Source: Candidatus Latescibacterota bacterium (lineage in GTDB: Bacteria; Latescibacterota; UBA2968). From it: 64,000 bases of DNA. Position numbers and translations under genes: made by a program. This document shows positions 41,310 to 50,807 of the stretch, in pieces. Every line of letters begins with the position of its first letter. Within the stretch, counting starts at the first letter, position 1. The DNA lies in contig OZ242010.1 in NCBI GenBank assembly GCA_965204745.1, forward strand, positions 1,152,001 to 1,216,000, written 5' to 3'. Under the pieces are notes generated by a model that saw only the letters and a program-made list of their open reading frames with translations, was not told the DNA's origin and searched no databases.

Positions 41310-41567
41310 TTAAGCTTTGGCAAAAGAGACCTCGTAACTTTTCACAATAATTCGATCCATATACTTCAAAATATCGGGGCGTCTGATTACAAGGCGCTCC
41401 CTCTCTCGAACCATGTCCTCCAAAGCAATGCCGTATCGCTTAATTGCAATGAGAATATCGCCCAAAACAGCCTTAAGCAAACGCAAATCGCCCTCATCTA
41501 CAACGATCTCAAGATAGACGACAATATCTTTTGCTGTCTCCAAACCCTCGATAGGATCCCACGGCAA
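41310..41567 (-). CDS. Addiction-module antidote (HI1420-like) N-terminal domain without a recognisable HTH
   Basis: PWDPIEGLETAKDIVVYL...EGDLRLLKAVLGDI. Confidence 0.6.
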   Translation of the reverse strand: MPWDPIEGLETAKDIVVYLEIVVDEGDLRLLKAVLGDILIAIKRYGIALEDMVRERERLVIRRPDILKYMDRIIVKSYEVSFAKA

Positions 41568-41579
41568 TATCTTCTTTTT

Positions 41580-41660
41580 TTATTTTTTTTTATAAATCGA
41601 CGCCAAATTTTTGGCCTTTTTAATATTTCGGCTCTGCGACCCCTTATCACCACCCCACAA
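41580..41660 (-). pseudogene. 3' stub of a RelE-like addiction-module killer gene (HI1419-like)
   Basis: Manual translation LWGGDKGSQSRNIKKAKNLASIYKKK* (cf. LLCGGDKSTQ..DI..AK); in-frame stop just upstream. Confidence 0.7.
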
Positions 41661-41662
41661 AG

Positions 41663-42997
41663 TTATCGGTCATCGCGACGCTTGCGGTTTAATCTATCCG
41701 CGCATTCCCGCCCCAAGTCGCGCATAATCTCCAGGTAAATCGGATGTTCGCCTTGAACGGGTTGTACATCTTCGCCATTGACCATGCGATTGGCCGCAAT
41801 CAGCGCCGATTGGATGCGGTCGCTCTGCTCGGTGTAGCGTCGAAAAACGCGCCGCACTGCTTCTCGCGCCCTGTGGATGGGCAGCGCGTCATCGCGCCGG
41901 TCTTGGGCCTCGTGTTCATCGCGCCATTGAATGCGGTGCGCGCAGGTGTATGGCAAGACCGTGCGGATGTGTTCGAGATCCACTTCTGAATCGCGCGACA
42001 ACCACGCGAGGGCTTGGGCATAGCGGCGCAGGGAAATGGGCAGGCGATTGGACGGACAGGCTCGCACTTCGTAACACAAATAGCCCGTGTAGTGACAGCC
42101 CTCGCCGCAGACTTCATGGGTGCGCTTTTGCCCGTATTTGCAACAAAAAGACAACTCGGCCAAAAAGGTTCGCACAAAGGCACTCGCGTCTGACCGCACG
42201 GGCAACGCGGCCATCTCGTCGCGAATCGCCGCCCGCTCGGCACGCCCCAAGGTGGGCACGGACAAGCGTTCGGAAATCGCTTTGCCATAGTCCGCACAAA
42301 TCGCTTCCACATCCCCATTGCGCTTTGCCAACCGCGCTTGGATGGCCCGCTCGCGCTGCGGGTCGCGCAACAGCGATGCAGGGGGGGATTCCGCGCCGAT
42401 CATCCACGACAAATTCGCGCCCGGGTATTTGGATTCCACCATCACGTCAAAGCGATCCAAAAGGGGGACGACGATGGTATTTGTGCCGCGATCCTGGTAA
42501 TTGGCCGTTGCAAACAAACAGTATTCTTCGTTGGTCTGCACCTGGTTCAAATACGTCCAAGTGCCGCGATCCACCCCGTTCAAAATCAAGCTCTGCTTGG
42601 TTTCCGGCAGGCGGTTGATTTCATCTATGACCTTGACGGGCAAGACGGAAAACGCGGACCACACCACTTCTTCGTCGCCGCGGTTGAGCGCGCCCAGGTT
42701 GGGCCGCCCGACGATTTTTTCCTCGGTCTGTTCGGGATGCCCGCTCACCTCGGCTTCCCACACGGCCCCCAAGGGCAGGCGATAGAGCAACGCGCCGATG
42801 TACTCTGCGGACGTGGTTTTGCCCAAGCCGGGTTCGCCCACGATCAGAATTTTGCCCCCCAACAAGCCGGTCAGCGCGCTGAACAACAAAGCGGCGTTGT
42901 GCGTCTGCCCCTTGATTTCTAGATCGGCGCGGTTGAAATACAACCGATCTTGGATAAAGGCGATGATGTCGCGGACTGTGGTCTGTAAATCGGCCAT
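41663..42997 (-). CDS. MoxR-like AAA+ ATPase
   Basis: GEPGLGKTT Walker A, IDEINRL Walker B, FATAN, LLDRFD. Confidence 0.85.
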   Translation of the reverse strand: MADLQTTVRDIIAFIQDRLYFNRADLEIKGQTHNAALLFSALTGLLGGKILIVGEPGLGKTTSAEYIGALLYRLPLGAVWEAEVSGHPEQTEEKIVGRPNLGALNRGDEEVVWSAFSVLPVKVIDEINRLPETKQSLILNGVDRGTWTYLNQVQTNEEYCLFATANYQDRGTNTIVVPLLDRFDVMVESKYPGANLSWMIGAESPPASLLRDPQRERAIQARLAKRNGDVEAICADYGKAISERLSVPTLGRAERAAIRDEMAALPVRSDASAFVRTFLAELSFCCKYGQKRTHEVCGEGCHYTGYLCYEVRACPSNRLPISLRRYAQALAWLSRDSEVDLEHIRTVLPYTCAHRIQWRDEHEAQDRRDDALPIHRAREAVRRVFRRYTEQSDRIQSALIAANRMVNGEDVQPVQGEHPIYLEIMRDLGRECADRLNRKRRDDR

Positions 42998-43006
42998 GGC
43001 TATCAC

Positions 43007-43816
43007 TCATTTGGCGCGCCGTCGCAACCATTCGACGGTGAGCAGCAACAACACGGCAAACGCGATCAGGAAAGTCGCCACGGCCAAAATGGTCGGGCTG
43101 ATCTGTTCGCGGATGCCCGCCCACATTTGGCGCGGGATGGTGCGTTGCTCCACGCTGCCCATAAAGAGCACGACGACCACTTCGTCAAAAGAGGTTGCAA
43201 ATGCGAAGAGCGCGCCAGAAATCACGCCCGGCGCGATCAGCGGGAGTTGCACGCGGCGAAACGCAAGCACCGGGCCGGCGCCCAGGCTCGCGGCGGCCCG
43301 CGTCAGGTTTGTGTCAAAGGCGGACAGGGTAGCGGTCACGGTGATCACGACAAATGGCGTGCCGAGTGCGGCGTGGGCGAGGATCAAGCCGAGGTGGGTT
43401 TGGGCGAGGCCCAGGTTGGAATAAAAGAAAAACATGCCCGCTGCGGAGATGATCACCGGCGTGACCATCGGGGAAATGAGCAGGCCCATGGCGAAGCGGC
43501 GGCCGGGCATGACCGGGCTAGAAAGCCCCAGCGCGGCCAGGGTGCCCAGCGCGGTTGCCAGCGCGGTTGCGGCAATGCCGATGATCAAGCTGTTGCCGAG
43601 GGCGCGCGTCCACACTTCGTCTTCGATGATTTGCCGGTACCAGCGCAGCGAATACGCTTCGGCATCGAGGCGCAACATGCCCTCGGTGAAGGTGAAGTAG
43701 GGTTCGGCATTAAAACTGAGGGGAACGATCACCAGGATCGGCGCGATCAAAAACGCGAAGATCAGGGTACAACAGACCAGGTAAGCTAGCCGACCGACGT
43801 TTTGTTTTGGGATCAT
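43007..43816 (-). CDS. Polyamine/opine-type ABC permease (PotC-like)
   Basis: AAASLGAGP EAA loop; FATSFDEVVV. Confidence 0.92.
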   Translation of the reverse strand: MIPKQNVGRLAYLVCCTLIFAFLIAPILVIVPLSFNAEPYFTFTEGMLRLDAEAYSLRWYRQIIEDEVWTRALGNSLIIGIAATALATALGTLAALGLSSPVMPGRRFAMGLLISPMVTPVIISAAGMFFFYSNLGLAQTHLGLILAHAALGTPFVVITVTATLSAFDTNLTRAAASLGAGPVLAFRRVQLPLIAPGVISGALFAFATSFDEVVVVLFMGSVEQRTIPRQMWAGIREQISPTILAVATFLIAFAVLLLLTVEWLRRRAK

Positions 43817-43817
43817 A

Positions 43818-45032
43818 TCAGCCCAACCTCATGCGTTCGATGCCGACCAAGCGGTCGTAGAACAGATAGAGCGCGACGACGCAGACCAAGAGGATGCCCC
43901 CAAGTGCCGCGGCCAAACTCCAGTTGAGGGAGGTCTGCATGTGGTAGGCGATCATGTTGGAGATGAGTTGCCCGCTGCTGCCGCCCACCAGCGCGGGGGT
44001 GATGTAGTAGCCAATGGCGAGGATGAACACGAGGAGGGATCCCGCGCCCACGCCGGGCAGGGTTTGCGGCCAATACACGCGCCAAAACGCCTGAAAGGAA
44101 CTCGCGCCAAGCGACGAGGCCGCGCGCATTTGGGTTGGCGGAATGGCGCGCATGATCGAGTAGAGGGGCAAGATCATGAAGGGCAAGAGCACATGGGTCA
44201 TCGCCACCAGCGTGCCGGTCATGTTATAGACCATCGCGATCCGACCGTCGTCGCCAATCAGCCCGAGTGAGACGAGCAGACTGTTGAGCACGCCCTGCTT
44301 TTGGAGCAAGACGATCCACGAGGTCGTCCGCACGAGGAGCGACGTCCAAAAGGGCACGAGCACGAGGATGAGGAGTAGGTTTGAGACGCGCGCGGACGCA
44401 TGCGCGATCAGATGGGCGATGGGATAGCCGAGCAACAGACAAAGGCCGGTGATGATCAGGCTCACGACAAGGGTGCGCCACAAGAGGGACAAATAGATGC
44501 GGCGCTCTGCGGGTTGACTGGCGATGGCGCCATCGGGCAGGCGTTGCATATCGAGTGCGTTGAGGTAGTGCCGCGAGGTGAAACGCGCACCCGCGCTGCG
44601 GATCGCATGCCATGTTTGCACATCGCCCCAGGCCGCGTCGATGCGGATCATCGCGTCTCGCCATGGCCCCTCGTCCATGCTCCGCAACCGTCGCACGCTG
44701 CGCGTCATCACACTGCGAAGCCCGGCATGCACGCGATTGACGCGCCCGGCAATCCGACCGAGCGTGCGCTCCGCATAAGCCTTTCGGAGTTCGCGGGCGA
44801 TGGCTTCATAGACCGCCTCGTCGGGCGTGCCCGCCCCGTCCCATTGCGAAAGCAGATCCAGGGTTTCGGGCAGGGCATCGGCGACCACCGGGTCGTGAAT
44901 GCTCCGGATGAGCATCGTCGCGAGCGGCGCGACAAAGGTGATGCCGATAAAGGCCAGCAATGGCAACACCAACCCCACGGCGCGCAGGCGCGGGCGAATA
45001 TCGGAGATTTTGATGTCTGTCTTGGGTTTCAC
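43818..45032 (-). CDS. Polyamine/opine-type ABC permease (PotB-like)
   Basis: LLLGYPIA, PFWTSLLVRT, LPFMILPLY, GYYITPALVGG. Confidence 0.92.
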   Translation of the reverse strand: MKPKTDIKISDIRPRLRAVGLVLPLLAFIGITFVAPLATMLIRSIHDPVVADALPETLDLLSQWDGAGTPDEAVYEAIARELRKAYAERTLGRIAGRVNRVHAGLRSVMTRSVRRLRSMDEGPWRDAMIRIDAAWGDVQTWHAIRSAGARFTSRHYLNALDMQRLPDGAIASQPAERRIYLSLLWRTLVVSLIITGLCLLLGYPIAHLIAHASARVSNLLLILVLVPFWTSLLVRTTSWIVLLQKQGVLNSLLVSLGLIGDDGRIAMVYNMTGTLVAMTHVLLPFMILPLYSIMRAIPPTQMRAASSLGASSFQAFWRVYWPQTLPGVGAGSLLVFILAIGYYITPALVGGSSGQLISNMIAYHMQTSLNWSLAAALGGILLVCVVALYLFYDRLVGIERMRLG

Positions 45033-45418
45033 AATCTCGTCACTTTCATGTGCGTGTTCTTGAGCCGCGTGGATGGGAGTCGCGTGAGTTTCTGATTGCG
45101 CGGGTCGATCTCAATACCCACGGATTCCAAGGCCGTCACACCGAGCAGTGGTTCGGCATCCGCTTCTCCGAATACAATCGTCGATCCGACGATCTCGCCC
45201 ATAAATTCGATATCCCCGGTCGTAATGTCCATTTTGACTTCGCTACCGTCGGCCAACCCATACACCCGCTGTCCTTTGGGCTTGAGACCGATGGCTTCCA
45301 AATGCGGCCTGGGCACGAGCGAATCAACCGCGCCCGTATCGACCAAGAACAGCCCTTCCCAAAATTTGTCTGGTTCAGCCGGGTTCCGAATGACAGCGGT
45401 GACATGTGTTACGCCCAT
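45029..45418 (-). CDS. Clan AA (retropepsin-like) aspartyl protease
   Basis: LVDTGA catalytic motif, LADG flap, PLLGVTALE; AAGGAG RBS. Confidence 0.88.
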   Translation of the reverse strand: MGVTHVTAVIRNPAEPDKFWEGLFLVDTGAVDSLVPRPHLEAIGLKPKGQRVYGLADGSEVKMDITTGDIEFMGEIVGSTIVFGEADAEPLLGVTALESVGIEIDPRNQKLTRLPSTRLKNTHMKVTRL

Positions 45419-45419
45419 T

Positions 45420-45599
45420 TCAACGCTCCTTGTAGAGCCCGATTGTCGCGTCGATATAGTCGCGCAACACGACCTTGCCGGTGTCCACATCGCCAGCGAG
45501 CATACATCCGATGCCTTCTTTCATGAGTTCCTCGCGGAAAGCAGGGTCTCGCTGGACACGGGCCAGTATCACCTTTTTGACATCACATGTAAGTGCCAT
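45420..45599 (-). pseudogene. Truncated addiction-module antitoxin/regulator (59 aa, HTH lost)
   Basis: Manual translation MALTCDVKKVILARVQRDPAFREELMKEGIGCMLAGDVDTGKVVLRDYIDATIGLYKER*; preceded by a toxin-like tail IAAAQDLWQAYKRHKQLRE* ending at 45602. Confidence 0.7.
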
Positions 45600-45753
45600 T
45601 GCTATTCTCTCAGTTGTTTGTGCCGTTTATACGCTTGCCAGAGGTCTTGAGCGGCGGCGATCTGTTCAATCCTGTCCTTAGGTCATGCCGCTCCTTCCAC
45701 GCGCTTGCGGATCGCTGAAATCTCCCAGATGCTTCGATCTCGAGAAAGGGTAC

Positions 45754-46857
45754 TCACTGCGCCAACCAAGTGCTGAAGCGTTCGTTCATGTCGTCGTCGT
45801 GGTCGCTTCGCCACTCCCAGGAATTTCGCACGGCGCGCTTGATATTTTGCTGGCTCGTGGGCATGTGCGGCATCATCTCTACGCCGGTCTCGGCGTGCGT
45901 GGAGATCAGTTGCATCGCAGAATGGCGTGAGGGGCTGTACGCGATGTAGCGCCCGACGCCGGCCATGGCTTCCGCCTTGGCGGCAAAATTGAGAAACTTC
46001 TTTGCGGCATCGAGGTTGCGCGCGCCCGCGACTATCGCAAGCCCGCCGACCTCGAGGATCTGACCGTCCCAGACGATGACGAACGGTTGGTTTTCCAGCA
46101 CTTGGGCATTGAAGATGCGCCCGTTGTACGCCGTGCTCATCACCACCTCGCCATCGGCGAGCATCTGCGGGGGCTGGGCGCCGGCTTCCCACCATACGAT
46201 GTGGTCTTTGATGGTGTCCAACTTGCGGAAGGCGCGATCCATCCCCGCCTGTGTGGCGAGCACCGCGTACACCGAATCGGTGGGCACCCCGTCGGCAACC
46301 AGCGCGAATTCCAAATTTGCTTGGGGCGCGCGGCGCATCCCGCGGCGGCCCGGGAATTTCTCGAGGTCGAAAAAGTCGGCCATTGTGGTCGGTTTTTCGC
46401 CTGGGATGAGGTCTGAGTTATAGGCATATACGGTGGAGGCGAACAGGGTTGCCACGCCGCATTCCGTCTCTGTGCCAATAAAAAAATCTTCCGAAGCGGG
46501 TGTGCCATCTACGCCTGGGGGCAACGAACTGGTATCGAAGCGTTCCAACAACCCCTCGTCACAACCGCGCACGATGTAGGTGAGGTCCAGATCGACCACA
46601 TCCCAGTGGACATTCCCAGTCTCGACCTGTGCGCGAATTTCCGCCAACCCGCCGTTGTAGCTTTCGAGTTTGATCTCGATACCCGTTTCAGCGGTGAATT
46701 GCTCGTGGTAGCCCTTGACGCATGCCCGCGCATAAGAGCCGCCCCACGAAACCACAGTCAGGGTCTGGTGTTCGTCCGCGTCAGCGCGATTCCACGCCAG
46801 CATCGCCAAGGCGATCAGCACCGCCATTGCCTTCATGTGTGTGTGTTTGCACGTCAT
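45754..46857 (-). CDS. ABC substrate-binding protein (PotD/PotF-like), copy 2
   Basis: Signal peptide, SWGGSY, DFFDLEKFPG, AYNGRI. Confidence 0.92.
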   Translation of the reverse strand: MTCKHTHMKAMAVLIALAMLAWNRADADEHQTLTVVSWGGSYARACVKGYHEQFTAETGIEIKLESYNGGLAEIRAQVETGNVHWDVVDLDLTYIVRGCDEGLLERFDTSSLPPGVDGTPASEDFFIGTETECGVATLFASTVYAYNSDLIPGEKPTTMADFFDLEKFPGRRGMRRAPQANLEFALVADGVPTDSVYAVLATQAGMDRAFRKLDTIKDHIVWWEAGAQPPQMLADGEVVMSTAYNGRIFNAQVLENQPFVIVWDGQILEVGGLAIVAGARNLDAAKKFLNFAAKAEAMAGVGRYIAYSPSRHSAMQLISTHAETGVEMMPHMPTSQQNIKRAVRNSWEWRSDHDDDMNERFSTWLAQ

Positions 46858-46908
46858 GGTGTGTCCTCCTCGTGGTTTGGGTTGAGCATCCGGTTGTGGA
46901 ATGTGATC

Positions 46909-48006
46909 TCAGCGGGCCAGCCAAGCGCTGAAACGCTCGTTCATTTCGTCTTGGTGATCGGTCCACCACTCCCAGTTGTTGCGTAAAAAGTGACCGGGGA
47001 CGAGGTTTTGAGGACTGGTGGGCATGTGCGGCATCATCTCCACACCGGTCTCTGCGTGCGTGGAGATCAAGGCCATGCCAGAGCGACGGGCGGGGCTGTA
47101 CGCGATGTAATGCCCGACGCCGGCCATGGACTCGGCCGTCGAGGCGAATTGGACGAACTCGAGCGCGGCATCGAGATTGGGCGTCCCCGCGACCACCGCG
47201 ATTTGGCCTATGTCCAAAACCTGACCGTCCCAGACGATGACGAACGGCTGGTTTTCCAACACCTGTGCGTTGAAGATGCGCCCGTTGTACGCCGTGCTCA
47301 TCACCACCTCGCCATCGGCGAGCATCTGCGGGGGCTGGGCGCCGGCTTCCCACCACACGACATCGTCTTTGATGGTGTCCAACTTGCGAAAGGCGCGGTT
47401 CACCCCCTCCGGCGTGCCGAGCGCGATGTACACCGAGTCGGGCGGCACCCCGTCGGCCATCAGGGCGAACTCCAAATTCACTTGGGGGACGCGGCGCATC
47501 CCGCGGCGGCCCGGAAATTTTTCCAGATCAAAAAAGTCGGCAATGGTCGTCGGTTTGGGGCCGGGGATGTTCGCTTTGTTGTACGCGTAGATCGTGGCGT
47601 AGAACAGCGTCCCCACGCCGCATTCGGTCTGCGTCTCGGGGATGAAGTCCTCGGCGGCCGGGGTGCCGTCGGGTGCGGGGGGCAACGAATCGAGCGCGAT
47701 GGGCTCCAACAAGCCCTCGTCGCAACCGCGCACCGCGTCGGAGATATCGAGATCGATGACATCCCAGTGGACCTTGCCCACGGCGACTTGGGCGCGAATT
47801 TGCGCCAACCCACCGTTGTATTCTTCGATGTTGAGGGCGATGCCCGTTTCCTCGGTGAAACGCTCGTGGTAGCCCTTGACGCAGGCCCGTTCATAAGAGC
47901 CGCCCCAAGAAGTCACGGTCAGCACTTGGTCGTCTGCGCGTGCGCGCCCCCAACTCAACAGCGCCAGCGCGATCAGAACCGCGCTGCAAAAGGTCTTCTG
48001 ATTCAT
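46909..48006 (-). CDS. ABC substrate-binding protein (PotD/PotF-like), copy 1
   Basis: Start MNQKT at 48006 with GAGGAGG RBS; same motifs as copy 2. Confidence 0.92.
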   Translation of the reverse strand: MNQKTFCSAVLIALALLSWGRARADDQVLTVTSWGGSYERACVKGYHERFTEETGIALNIEEYNGGLAQIRAQVAVGKVHWDVIDLDISDAVRGCDEGLLEPIALDSLPPAPDGTPAAEDFIPETQTECGVGTLFYATIYAYNKANIPGPKPTTIADFFDLEKFPGRRGMRRVPQVNLEFALMADGVPPDSVYIALGTPEGVNRAFRKLDTIKDDVVWWEAGAQPPQMLADGEVVMSTAYNGRIFNAQVLENQPFVIVWDGQVLDIGQIAVVAGTPNLDAALEFVQFASTAESMAGVGHYIAYSPARRSGMALISTHAETGVEMMPHMPTSPQNLVPGHFLRNNWEWWTDHQDEMNERFSAWLAR

Positions 48007-49136
48007 GGTGTGTCCTCCTCGTCGTCTGGGTCGAGCACCCGGCAGTCCGTCGGCGTCCAGCCAATGCGGATCTGATCGCCCGCTAAGATCGCGCCGTGCC
48101 CCACGATATTGGGAATTTTGGCGATGAAATCCGAACGGTCGCACACGCTCAAGCGCAGGCGCAAGTGGTCGCCCAAAAAGGTGATGTCCTCGATTTTGGC
48201 GTCGAGTTCATTGGTGTATAGGCCGGGATCGGGCGCGATGGCGACGCGCTCCGGGCGAATTGAAAGCGTGATGGAATCCCCGAGCCGACAGGGCACGACG
48301 CGCAACGCTTGAATGACCTGACCGCCGGTTTCCACCTCGCAGATGTCGTCCTCAACTTTTCTCACCCAACCGTGCAGGCGGTTGTTTTCGCCGATGAAGC
48401 GGGCGACAAATGAGCGTTTCGGCTCTTCGTAGAGGGCCTCGGGCTCGGCGATCTGCTCGATGTCTCCGCCGCGCAAAACCGCGATGCGATCCGACAAGAC
48501 CATCGCCTCTTGCTGGTCGTGCGTGACATAGACCATGGTCACGCCGAGGCTTTTGTGGATGCGCCGAATTTCGTACTGCATTTCCTCGCGCAAACGCCGG
48601 TCGAGCGCGCCCAGGGGTTCGTCCATCAGCACGAGATCGGGTTCGAATACCAACGCACGGGCGATAGCCACGCGCTGCTGTTGCCCGCCCGAGAGTTGCC
48701 CAGGCCGCCGGTCTTCCATGCCGCTGAGGCGCACCAAGCGCAGGGCACGCGCCACGCGCTCGCGGCATTCCTCGCGGTTGAACCCGCGCACCTCCAGCGG
48801 AAAGGCGAGGTTGCCGCTCACGGTCATGTGGGGGAAGAGCGCGTAGTTTTGAAACACCATCCCAATGCCGCGTTTGCGCGGGGGAAGCGCGTGAACGGAA
48901 CGCCCGTCGATGCGGATGGCGCCCGAGGTGGGCACCTCGAAGCCGGCGAGCATCATCAGGCACGTCGTCTTGCCCGATCCAGATGGGCCGAGCAGGGTCA
49001 AAAACTCGCCCTTGCGGACGCGGAGATCGACGTTGTGAACGACCATCGTCTGTCCGTCGTAGCTCTTGCAGACGCGCTCAAATTCGACGTACGCATCGTC
49101 ATTTGGGTTCATATCGGCATCGTCATTTGGGTTCAT
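48003..49136 (-). CDS. ABC ATP-binding protein (PotA-like)
   Basis: GPSGSGKT, LSGGQQQR, LMDEP, TOBE domain; duplicated start MNPNDDA. Confidence 0.95.
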   Translation of the reverse strand: MNPNDDADMNPNDDAYVEFERVCKSYDGQTMVVHNVDLRVRKGEFLTLLGPSGSGKTTCLMMLAGFEVPTSGAIRIDGRSVHALPPRKRGIGMVFQNYALFPHMTVSGNLAFPLEVRGFNREECRERVARALRLVRLSGMEDRRPGQLSGGQQQRVAIARALVFEPDLVLMDEPLGALDRRLREEMQYEIRRIHKSLGVTMVYVTHDQQEAMVLSDRIAVLRGGDIEQIAEPEALYEEPKRSFVARFIGENNRLHGWVRKVEDDICEVETGGQVIQALRVVPCRLGDSITLSIRPERVAIAPDPGLYTNELDAKIEDITFLGDHLRLRLSVCDRSDFIAKIPNIVGHGAILAGDQIRIGWTPTDCRVLDPDDEEDTP

Positions 49137-49168
49137 GGCAGCATCTCTTTGTCGTAGGGATTTAGGGC

Positions 49169-49197
49169 AAAATAGGTTGGCGAGTCGCGTGTGTCAA
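49169..49197 (-). promoter_or_regulatory. Sigma70-like promoter of the pot-like operon
   Basis: Minus strand TTGACA-17 nt-TATTTT. Confidence 0.6.
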
Positions 49198-49320
49198 GAT
49201 TAAAGCATGCCGAAAATTTTTTCAATGTCAATGTCTTTCCGCTTTCGCCATCGGGCGCGCTGGTATATATTGGAAACCGCTATCGCGAACTCATTGCACA
49301 ATTCTAAGGAGTCAAAACGC

Positions 49321-50058
49321 ATGCGGTACAAACGGGTTGTTCTCAAACTCAGTGGCGGCGCGGTTTCGGGCACCTTGGAATCGGGATTTGACCCGGAAGC
49401 CCTCGAACACATCGCCGACGAAATTCTCGACCTCCACGTGCGGGGCGTTGAAATTGGCATCGTCATCGGCGGCGGCAATATCTTTCGCGGGGACCAAAGT
49501 GCGCGCTGGGGCATCGAGCGGTCCGAGGCCGACAACATCGGCATGTTGGGCACGATCATCAACAGCCTGATGCTGCGCGGCGTGCTCAACGCCAAAAGCG
49601 ATGCCGAAGTGCGCGTGATGACCGCCATTCCGATCAACGCGGTCGCAGAGCCGTTTATTCGCTTGGTCGCGGCGCGGCATCTCGACAAGGGGTACGTCGT
49701 CATTTTTGCCGGCGGCATCGGCAATCCCTTTCTCACCACCGACTATCCCGGCGTGCAGCGCGCCCTCGAAGTGCGCGCAGAGGCCATTTTGTTTGCCAAG
49801 CACAAAACCAATGGCATCTATACGGACGATCCAAACAAAAACCCCGTTGCCAAACGCTATCGCCGGATCAGCCACGACACCATTATCCGCGAAAACCTGG
49901 GCGCGCTGGATCAGTCCGCAGTGCTTCTCGCCCGAGATCACAACTTGCCGATCCACGTTTTCGACTTTGAGCAAAAAGGCATGATGCGCCGCATTGTCGA
50001 AGGCCAAAACATCGGCACGCTCATCACCCAAACGCCTGAAGATGTGTTGGAAGGATGA
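49321..50058 (+). CDS. pyrH: UMP kinase
   Basis: YKRVVLKLSG, GGGNIFRG, GMLGTIIN, GNPFLTTD, DPNKNP. Confidence 0.9.
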   Translation: MRYKRVVLKLSGGAVSGTLESGFDPEALEHIADEILDLHVRGVEIGIVIGGGNIFRGDQSARWGIERSEADNIGMLGTIINSLMLRGVLNAKSDAEVRVMTAIPINAVAEPFIRLVAARHLDKGYVVIFAGGIGNPFLTTDYPGVQRALEVRAEAILFAKHKTNGIYTDDPNKNPVAKRYRRISHDTIIRENLGALDQSAVLLARDHNLPIHVFDFEQKGMMRRIVEGQNIGTLITQTPEDVLEG

Positions 50059-50061
50059 ACG

Positions 50062-50385
50062 ATGAAACCGTGCAAAAAAAGTCTCAAACTTGCAGAAAAA
50101 GTCAAACATCTGTTGATTGAAGGTGGGATTTCCCCCATTAAAACAGTTGTGTTTGGGTCAAGAGCACGCGGCGATGCGAAGTTGGAATCGGATTTGGATC
50201 TCCTCGTCATCGTTGAGAAACGAACGCCCGAGATTCGCCAAAAAATCAGCCATTGCGCTTGGGAGGTGGGATTTGATGCCGAGGTGATTATCCAAACAGT
50301 TGTGATGACACGCGATCAGTTGAACGGCCCGGAAGGATCATCTCCCCTCATAAATACCGTCAATACAGAAGGAGTGCCCGTTTGA
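50062..50385 (+). CDS. Minimal nucleotidyltransferase (MNT) antitoxin
   Basis: FGSRARGD...SDLDLLV. Confidence 0.9.
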   Translation: MKPCKKSLKLAEKVKHLLIEGGISPIKTVVFGSRARGDAKLESDLDLLVIVEKRTPEIRQKISHCAWEVGFDAEVIIQTVVMTRDQLNGPEGSSPLINTVNTEGVPV

Positions 50386-50807
50386 ATCAGGATGAGGTAA
50401 AAGTAATTATTCGAAACCGTTTTACGCAGGCCAAAGAAGCCCTGAATGATGCGCGATTTTTATTTTTTGCAAAGCGCGGCAATCGCACCATTGTCAATCG
50501 GTCGTATTACGCCGCGTTTTATGCGGGCCTCGCGCTTATGCAAAGTGCCGGGCTAACACCGCACAGACACCGAGGAGTGTTGTCGTTTTTTGATCGAGAA
50601 TTTGTTAGACCCGGCCACTTTTCAAAAGAAAACTCCCAACAATTTCATCAACTTTTCGACCTGCGTATGGAAGATGATTACGCACGGATGAGTTTCATTA
50701 CAAAAGAAGAAGCAGAGCAGGCTTTGTCATTATCCGAAAAATTTGTAGAAGCCGTTGGCACGTACCTCGTCCAAAATCAATATCTCGATCCGGAGACCCT
50801 CTCATGA
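50382..50807 (+). CDS. HEPN domain protein (partner of MNT)
   Basis: NRSYYAAFY, HRG, FDREFV, RMEDDY; overlaps the MNT stop. Confidence 0.88.
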   Translation: MNQDEVKVIIRNRFTQAKEALNDARFLFFAKRGNRTIVNRSYYAAFYAGLALMQSAGLTPHRHRGVLSFFDREFVRPGHFSKENSQQFHQLFDLRMEDDYARMSFITKEEAEQALSLSEKFVEAVGTYLVQNQYLDPETLS

